Positions 56,376-64,000 of a DNA stretch of 64,000 nucleotides are shown in pieces. The position numbers and the translations under genes were made by a program. The DNA comes from the human T2T-CHM13v2.0 reference genome, Homo sapiens. The stretch lies in the NCBI RefSeq assembly GCF_009914755.1, contig NC_060926.1; one strand, 5' to 3'. The notes below the pieces were generated by a model. It was not told the DNA's origin, made no database searches, and worked only from the letters and a program-made list of their open reading frames with translations. The number at the start of each line of letters is the position of its first letter. The first letter of the stretch is position 1.

Positions 56376-56689
56376 CTTAGATCACTGCTCCTGTGATCTA
56401 AGGAGCACACTGCTCCTTCAGGCCCCTTTCCTATAGAGCCCAGGCCTGACTTTGCCTGAGAACATCCCTTTCACCAATCCCCGTGCTGCCCTCCCGGTTC
56501 TGGCCTTGTCTCTGCCCTGGTGGACTGGAGACGTGGACCCTTGATTGTCCTCCCCTCCTCTAGCCTCTTAGTGCAGCATCCTGGAAAGCCACTGTTAGTC
56601 AGTCAGAAGTGGAGACATCTGCCAACCCCAGTAGCAGACCTTTCACTAGCCCAGTGTGCTGCTTCCTGGTCTCTGGTCCCAGATCCATC

Positions 56690-57218
56690 TGGGTCACAGG
56701 GAGCAGGAAGCCTGCAAACTAACTTGCCTTCCAGTTTAATCTTGCCAATGGGAAACCCCGGCAGGAGACTGGAAGGTGGAGAAAGAGAGAAACCATTTTA
56801 TTTTCTTCCTGCCTCTTCTGCTGCCTCTTGCAGCTGTAAGAGCCTCTTGGGTTCCTCCCTAAGATGACCGATTCCAGCAGCATCTCACTCATGAACTCTG
56901 GCACAGACGGTGTCCGTGGGAGGGAAGCCCCCTTGTTGATTGCTAATTTGTGATGATGGTTCCAACAGTCACAGCAGCAGCAGCATGTGCTCCATAGCCT
57001 CAGAGGCACAGTGATCCTGGGCTCTGGGATATGCCGTTTTCTCTTTTGCTTCTCCAGCTCTAGGGGTGACGACAGCTTCCCACAGTTCATAGTCTCTGCA
57101 GAACCTCAGCTTCCCCTTTCTAATTTTCCAACCTTCCAACACGTTTGTAACTGGTTCTCCATATTAAATTCCTACTGTTTGAAATACCTAGTCTCTGTTG
57201 ATCTGACAGGACACTGAG
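56690..57218 (+). mobile_element. LTR33-like ERVL LTR
   Basis: 'GCCAATGGGAAACCCCGGCAGGAGACTGGAAGG...ATTAAATTCC...GAAATACCTAG'. Confidence 0.5.
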
Positions 57219-58544
57219 TGAAGTGACCAGTACAAACCATGGGCAGAGGCTCACATGAGGCCAGGTTTGTCTCTCACTAAGGTCCGAGATTAGGGTCAGC
57301 AGGTGGCTCAGCTCCACATGCTGATTCAGAGATCCGAGTTCCTTCCACACTGTTTCTTCCCCACCTCCTTCAGCACTGTTCTCACCTGTGTGATGAAGGC
57401 TGGGTCCTAGCTCCTTCCATGCTCAAGTTTGTAGGAAGAGGACCCAGATGAAGGAACAGCCAAGCCCCAGTTGTAAACGCTTTGGTCAACAAGTGACCCC
57501 ACCTCTTCTGCTCCCATTAGGGCCCACCTGAGTGCAGCGGGAGCTGAGGCATGCGGTGTAGCTCTCCAGCCATTGCCAAGCTGCAGTCCTATTATTAGAG
57601 AGGATGGGAAGAATGGATTTTGGCAGAACCCACTGCCACTTCTGCCACCTGAGCTTTATGAATGCACACAACTCACTTAGGATACCTTCCTTGTAGGGTC
57701 ATGGCAATGGCTGAATGAGAATAGCATAAAAAATTCTTATCCCAGTGGTGGTACCAAGGAACTTTTAACTAAGATCAGTGCCCACTGTCTACACCAGGAC
57801 TGACCCCCCAGTGGGTCACAGTGACTGTGAGTGAACCTGGGCTCCGGGGGAAGGACGCAGAGGTGCCTGCATCTGCTGCCTCCTGCTGACAGCCACAAGT
57901 TCAAACCTCAATGTGAGCAAGAAGGTGATGTCTCCTTTTTTCTACTTACTCATAAGCCCTGGTTAGCATCTTTTTTGCTTTATAGTTACAGGCTGCTTTC
58001 AAATTGGCATCCAGGACAGGGAAATTACACCCTGTAATGGAGCAGATGGTAGGTGAGGACAGAGGTTTTCCCCAGCCGTCACTGGTGGTTGAGCCAGATC
58101 CTAAAAAGTGTCGTCTGTCATTCCTTTTAAAGGGCTTCTATTCCTGTGTGGCTGGAAACTGGGGAAACCTGGCCTCTGGACGGCTCACAGTAAGTTGTCA
58201 CGTCCCAGTCCCAGGATGGCTGAGGGTGGTTGCCATGGCAGTGGACCGTGCTCCTTTCTTGCTTTCAAAGGAAGCTGGGGCTGCCCAAGTAAACGAGGGA
58301 GCCTCCGTCCTGGGAGGTTGGAGGCCTTTGTTCCTCTCCCACCCCTCTTCCCCCATCCCCCCAGAGAATGCACAGGACCTCATTATGCTGCTTCTGTCTT
58401 GCATGCTATAATTTGGATAACAAAAGCGGCTCAAGATGGATGGAAGCCATCATAGTTCTTGGCACCATGGCCCAAGGATGAACTTGCTTCTCAGGGTCTG
58501 ATTGGTTGTCTCACGACTAAGCTCACAATGTCAAGTTTGAGTCT

Positions 58545-58621
58545 ACTCCTGTGGGTCGAATCGTTCTATTTGATTGGCCTCATTTTAGTGACCAGCTACC
58601 TAACTAATTAGTTAACTGGCT
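58545..58621 (-). mobile_element. Degenerate tRNA-Ile-derived SINE head (MamSINE1-like)
   Basis: Minus strand GCCAGTTAACTAATTAGTTAGGTAGCTGGTCACTAAAATGAGGCCAA...TTCGACCC resembles the recalled tRNA-Ile(AAT)/MamSINE1 5' end. Confidence 0.35.
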
Positions 58622-58623
58622 AA

Positions 58624-58922
58624 CTTTCTTTCTCCCTCCTTTTCTGCCTCTTCCCCTTCTCTGCCTCCTCCACCCTTTCTCCCTCTCTGCCTTCCCCTTT
58701 CTCCCTCTCTACCTCATTTCCATCCCTCAGTTCACCCTCCCTTCCTTCCTTCCTGCCTCTCTCTCTCCTACCCTCCCCTCCTCCCTTCCTGCCCCTCTCT
58801 CTCCTACCCTCCCCTCCTCCCTTCCTCCTCCCTGTTTCTTCCTCTCTCCCCTCCCCCTCCATTCTTCTCTCCCTCCCTCCCCTTTCTCTTCTCGCCCCTC
58901 CCCTGGCTTCCCCACCTCTTCC
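58624..58922. repeat. Polypyrimidine/polypurine tract with a 36-bp internal duplication
   Basis: About 300 bp of almost pure C/T. The unit CTTCCTGCCYCTCTCTCTCCTACCCTCCCCTCCTCC starts at 58749 and 58785. Confidence 0.9.
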
Positions 58923-59236
58923 AGCCTTGCTCTGGCCGAGGTTATGGAGATACATAAATAACACTTGAGCCTTGATCACCACCTGGAGTTGGAGCAGACA
59001 CAGCAGGACACACTCATGATAAGAAGCTATAAGTGCTAGGATGGTGTTTCCCTGGCTGCTGCAAGGGCTCAAAGTGGGAAGGACCACATGTAGCTGAGAT
59101 GGGGTCAGAGGTGCCCTGAGCTGAGCTAAGTCTGCATGTGCATGCCTGTCTGCAGGGGGAGCAGGGCATGCCTAAGGCATGGGGTTGGGGCAATAGGAGG
59201 TTCCAGTCAAGGAGGATATGGGATGAGGCTGGGGAG

Positions 59237-59665
59237 TGTGGCAGGAGAATAAATCTTGGAACCCCCAAATCACTAGCTAAAGAGAAAAATCAAGCTGGGA
59301 ACTGCTTAGGGAAAACCTGATTCCCATTCTATTCAAAGTCATCCCACTGCTCACTGAGATAGACGCATATCTGATTGCCTCCTTTGGAAAGGCTAATCAG
59401 AAACTCAAAAGAATGCTGCTTGTCTTTTATCTACCTACAACCTGGAAGCCCTCTCTGCCTTTCCAATGGAACCAAAGTTCCTCTTACATATGTTGATCGA
59501 TGTCTCATGTCTCCCTAAAATGTATAAAACCAAGCTGAGCCCTGCCCACGTTGGGCACCTGTCGGCAGGACCTCCTGAGGCCATGTTACAGGCGTGTGTC
59601 CTTAACCTTGGCAAAATAAATTTTCTAAATTGACTGAGACCTGTCTCAGGTATTTGAGGTTCACA
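59237..59665 (+). mobile_element. MER4A-like ERV1 solo LTR inserted in L2
   Basis: 'AATAAATCTTGGAACCCCCAAATCACT...GGCTAATCAGAAACTCAAAAGAATGC...AAATGTATAAAACCAAGCTG...GGTTCACA' with a GGAG 4-bp TSD. Confidence 0.9.
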
Positions 59666-60589
59666 GGAGTGTGGCAGATTCCAGCTCCCAGAGAGGGTCA
59701 GTGTAAGGCACTTGGGCCCTAGCCTCATGGTACCAGGGAGCCACTGAAGGGTTGTGAGCTGAGGAGGAGAGCTGCGGTCAGATCGAGTGGCCGTGTAGAA
59801 GAGGGACTTGAAGGATTGGACTAGGGGTACAGGGGCCGGTGGGACAGTCTGAAGTTCCATGGAGAGGATGACAAGGAGGGCACGGGTGGTTGGGGGCCAG
59901 CAGGGGCAAAGGGTGTCCTTGTTCCCTCTACTCATTCATCCAACAGGAAACAGAGCCTCTCAGGAGCAGTACCATTTAATCCTTCACCACCTGAGAGGAG
60001 ATGAGAGCTGTTATTCCCATCTTAAAGATGAAGAAACTGAGCCTCGCAGAGACTGAGAAAAAGCAATCACACAACTAGGGAATGGCAGCATAACAACAAA
60101 AATCCAGGTAAGATTTTCCCCTCAAACCCATGGGCCGCGTGGGAATGGAATTTCCATGGTCCTGCCTCCCATTCTCAGTAAATGTCCGCTGGAGAGTTGG
60201 GGTGAGCAGACGAATGCACCCTCCACTGCCCAGAGCAAGATCGCCAAGCCCCGCGGCCTCCTGAGCCCACCTGTCAGGGCCTGCGGTGCACAGCCTGGAT
60301 GCAGCTCCCCGGTCTCCCCTGGTCTCCAGCGAGCCCACACATCTCATTCTGAGGGCCCCTACTTTCAACAGTGCTTCTGGGGAGTTGTGGGCTAATTCAT
60401 CAAATTTAGGAATGTCTGGCTCATTTCATTCTCTTCCCAAGGGATACCAATTCTGGGAGTTAAAACGGCCCTGGCTCTAGAAGGCCCCTGAGGAATGAGG
60501 CTACTGTGGGAATTTCAGGACTTGGGAGGGAGCTGGTGTGGGTGAGTGCGATGGGTCTTCTCCCTCACTCTTTTCTGCTTTTCCACACA

Positions 60590-60750
60590 TTGTACTGTGC
60601 TGATGTGCTTAATGTCATGTTGAATCTTAACTCAGTCCAGAAAGGCGGGTATAACGATCCCCATTTTACAGCTGAGAAAACCAAGGCAGAGAGGTGATGT
60701 CTAGCTCAGCATCACCAGCTATTAAGCAGTGGTGCCAGGATTCAGTCCTA
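60590..60750 (-). mobile_element. MIR
   Basis: 'ATCCCCATTTTACAGCTGAGAAAACCAAGGCAGAGAGGTGA...CCAGGATTCA'. Confidence 0.7.
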
Positions 60751-62035
60751 CCTCAAAGCATCAGTGGCTGGGGTGATGCTGACCTGCCACCCACTCCTGT
60801 GCAGCCAGCACTGCAAGTTCCCATGAGGTTAGTGTCCCAGAGCACCTGCAGTCTGGAGTCCATTCCAGCACCTGGTCCTACTCCAGGACATACAACGTTA
60901 TGTAGGGTTTTCTCTGTCACCTCAGATGTCAGCTCTGTGAGATCACAGCTCATGTCTGCTTCCTCCTTACTATCTCCTTCAGGGCCTAGCAACGTCTGAG
61001 CCCTACAGCAGGTGGGGATGAGGAGGGCATCCCCTGGAACAGGAGCTGCCCAGCACCACCCCAGAGGGGACAGAATTGGGAGAGTGTAAGTGTCCAAAGA
61101 GATCCACAGAATGCATGCCTTGGCTGAGTGACACTCATTGACCCTGAGGCCCTTACAGCCCCCAACCTGCAGTTCTAGGGCCCATGTTCCAAACTTGCAT
61201 CCTGGGTGAGCACATCCACCCTGCCTCAGCATGGCTGTGCATATGTCCTTTCAGGGAGTAGCATATTTCCAGAGAAGCTCAACTGCAAAGGCGGTCCTGG
61301 AGTTTAAAGATGTTGAGAGCTACATGTTATGAAATTAGAGCAGAGTTTCTTTCCCATTCCCATTACCTCCTTTCGAGAAATGAATCTGCACGAGAGGCTG
61401 CGATTCCTGTCAAAAAAGACTCGGCATTCATCTCAGTGTCTGGGGCTGCAGTCCAGCAGTACTGTGAGTTCCCACCCTGCCAGCCTTTTAATAACCTGAC
61501 TTTAGACATTTCCTGGTGGACATGGCCTATTGAACCCAATCTACATCCCAGGACAGACCTGGAAATTTCAAAAATCCTGTCTCTCTCATCATTTTCAAAG
61601 AGAGTGATTCGCTGAAATACTTATGTGCTCAAATCAAACCTCTCTTATTCTGCTTCTGGAGACACATCTTTGGAAATTCCCTTTGGCCAGAGACAGGTCT
61701 GGTTCCGTTGAGAGGAGCTCTTGTCCGTCCCATGCCCATCATGATGCAGAAGGGGGTGGTTCAGAGAAAGGAGGGTGCCAGATCGAGGCAGAAATCCTTC
61801 CCTTTTGAGACCCCCAACCCTGTTCTTAAGCCTGACCACCACTCCTCCATTCTCTATTTCTCTAATCTTGCTATTTCAGTGATGTTACATAAGTGGAATG
61901 ATGCGGGATGTAATGTTTTGGGATTGGGTTTTTTTGCTCAGCATAAATCTGTGAAGATTGACTTGAGTTGTTTCATGTACCCATGGTTTGCTCCTTTTTA
62001 TTGCTGAGTGGTATTTCATGGTATGAAAGTACTGA

Positions 62036-62341
62036 TTTTTTTTTTTTTTTTTTTTTTTTTTGAGATGGAGTTTTGCTCTGTCGCCTGGGCTGGAGTGCAG
62101 TGGCACGATCTTGGCTCACTGCAACTCCGTTTCCCGGGTTCAAGCGATTCTCCTGCTTCAGCCTCCCGAGTAGCTGGGACTACAGGCATGTGCCACCACG
62201 CCCGGCTACTTTTTTGTATTTTTAGTAGAGATGGGGTTTCACTGTGTTGGCCAGGATTGTCTTGGTTTCCTGACCTCGTGATCCTCCCGCCTTGGCCTCC
62301 CACAGTGCTGGGATTACAGGTATGAGCCAGCATGCCCAGCC
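62036..62341 (-). mobile_element. Alu (Sc-like)
   Basis: Poly-T followed by an antisense Alu. AGTACTGATTT/AGTACCAATTT flanks. Confidence 0.95.
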
Positions 62342-63066
62342 TAAGGAGTACCAATTTGTTTAACCCTTTACCCACTGAAGAATATCTGGGTTGTTTCCAG
62401 TTTTTTTTTTTAATTATGAATAAAGCTGATAAAACATTTGTGGATGGGTTTTTGTGTGAACACAAGTTTTGATTTTTCTGGGACACGAGCGTAAGTAAGC
62501 AGTGACTGGTTTGTATGGTGGCTATGTTTAGTTGTCAAATTGTCAAATGATTGTTAACTCAAATTTCTAGAGTTCTTGTTCCATTTTACTCTCCTACCAT
62601 CAATGTATGTGTGCTGGTCTCTCCACACACTCACTAGCATTTGCTGTTATCACTATTTTTTATTTTCATATAGTGATATCTCACTGTGGTTTAAGTGTAC
62701 ATTTTCCTTGTGGTTAGTGATGCTGAACACACTGTCATGTACTTTTTTGCCATCTCTATATCCTTTTCAGTGAAATGTTTGTTCAGATCCTTGCCCATAT
62801 TCTAAATGGTAAGTTTGATTTTTTTACTGCTGAGTTTTGAGAATTCTTTATATATGTCTGGTACTAGTCCTTGTTAGACGTGTGGGTTGCAAATATTTTC
62901 TACAAGTACATAACTTGTATTTTCATCCTCTTAATAGGCTTTTTCTCAAAGCAAACATTTTTAACTTTAATAAAGTCCAATTTTTCATTTTTTTGTAGGT
63001 TATACTATATAAAGTTCTCTTTGTCTAGTCCTAGATCCCAAATACTTTCCTTTTTTTATAGTTTAA

Positions 63067-63353
63067 TTTTTTTTTTTTTTTTTTTGAGATGGAGACTTGC
63101 TCTGTCACCCAGGCTAGAGTGCAGTGGCACAATCTTGGCTCACTGCAACCTCTAGTGATTCTCCTTCCTCAGCCTCCCGAGTAGCTGGGATTACAGGCGT
63201 GTACCACCACGCCTGGCTAATTTTTGTATTTTTAATAGAGATGGGGTTTCACCATGTTGACCAGGCTGGTCTTGAACTCCTGACCTCAAATGATGCACCT
63301 GCCTCAGCCTCCCAAAGCGCTGGGATTACAGATGTGAGCCACTGCGCCCGGCC
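63067..63353 (-). mobile_element. AluS with an internal deletion
   Basis: Poly-T followed by an antisense Alu lacking the 'CGCCTCCCGGGTTCA' segment. Confidence 0.93.
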
Positions 63354-64000
63354 AGTTTGATAGTTTTATATTTTACATGCAAAAGACCCTGTGTTAAGTT
63401 TTGTTTAGGGTTTGAGGTTTAGGCCAAGGTTTTGGAGTTTTTGTTTTTTTTCTGCTTATGCACATCTAATTGTTCATTGAAAAGCTTTCCTTGATTGAAT
63501 TGCTTTTGCACCTTTGTGAAAAATCAGTTGGATGTATTTGCATGGGTCTATTTTTGGGTTCTCTACTGTTCTTTGTCTGTTCCTCCACCAATACCACATA
63601 GTCTTGATTACTGGGGTTATATAATAAGTTTTGAAATCAGATAGATTGATTCCTTTCACTTCATTCTTCTTTTTCAAAAATGTTTAATGCTTCATGCTCC
63701 TTTGCATTTTCACAAACATTTGTCTATAAAAATATGCAGTTATATTGCTGGGGTTTTGATAGAAATTGTATTTTAACTTTATATCAGTTTTAGGAGAATT
63801 GACAGCTTTACTATACTGACACGTCCAGCATATGAAAATGGTATGTTTCTCCATTTATTTTGATCTTCTTTCATTTCTTTTATCAACATTTTGTATTTTT
63901 CCGCATACAACACATGTACTTGTTTTGTTAGATTTGCACCTAAATATTTCATTTTTGGATGATTTAAAATACTATTATATTTTTAAATTTTGTTATCCAA

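Larger units (their letters stand above)
61830..64000 (-). mobile_element. Old L1M (L1MC-like) 3' region with two Alu insertions
   Basis: Antisense L1 with ORF2-like remnant at 63474-63677 (DFKTYY...IKTMWYWW...KYIQLIFHKGAK). Confidence 0.85.

Noticed and set aside
58545-58621. Functional tRNA-Ile gene
   Set aside because: The A/B boxes and stems are too degenerate. At best this is a SINE relic.

Overview
This is primate, very probably human, non-coding genomic DNA: GC-rich and intergenic or deep-intronic. The evidence is about 15 Alu elements (AluS and AluY types), L1PA and older L1M fragments, MaLR/ERV LTRs (MST, MLT1, MLT2, MER4, MER21, MER31), Tigger/MER2/MER45 DNA transposons, MIR and L2 relics, and several mini- and microsatellites. 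I found no credible protein-coding exon, functional RNA gene or CRISPR array. The ORF track is explained by Alu, L1, simple-repeat and chance ORFs. The most notable structure is at 20125-20600, a copy of a ~206-bp segment located 2.2 kb downstream (22363-22568). It was inserted into an MLT1 LTR without TSD or poly-A and then expanded a 39-bp unit eightfold, so the single-unit progenitor of the minisatellite is preserved nearby. Other points of interest are a higher-order (CAT/CAC) VNTR, several motif-dense candidate enhancers or promoters, a double-octamer palindrome and a degenerate tRNA-Ile-like SINE head. Repeat family names come from recalled consensus sequences and need RepeatMasker/Dfam confirmation. 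I cannot support a wholly new biological system from the sequence alone.
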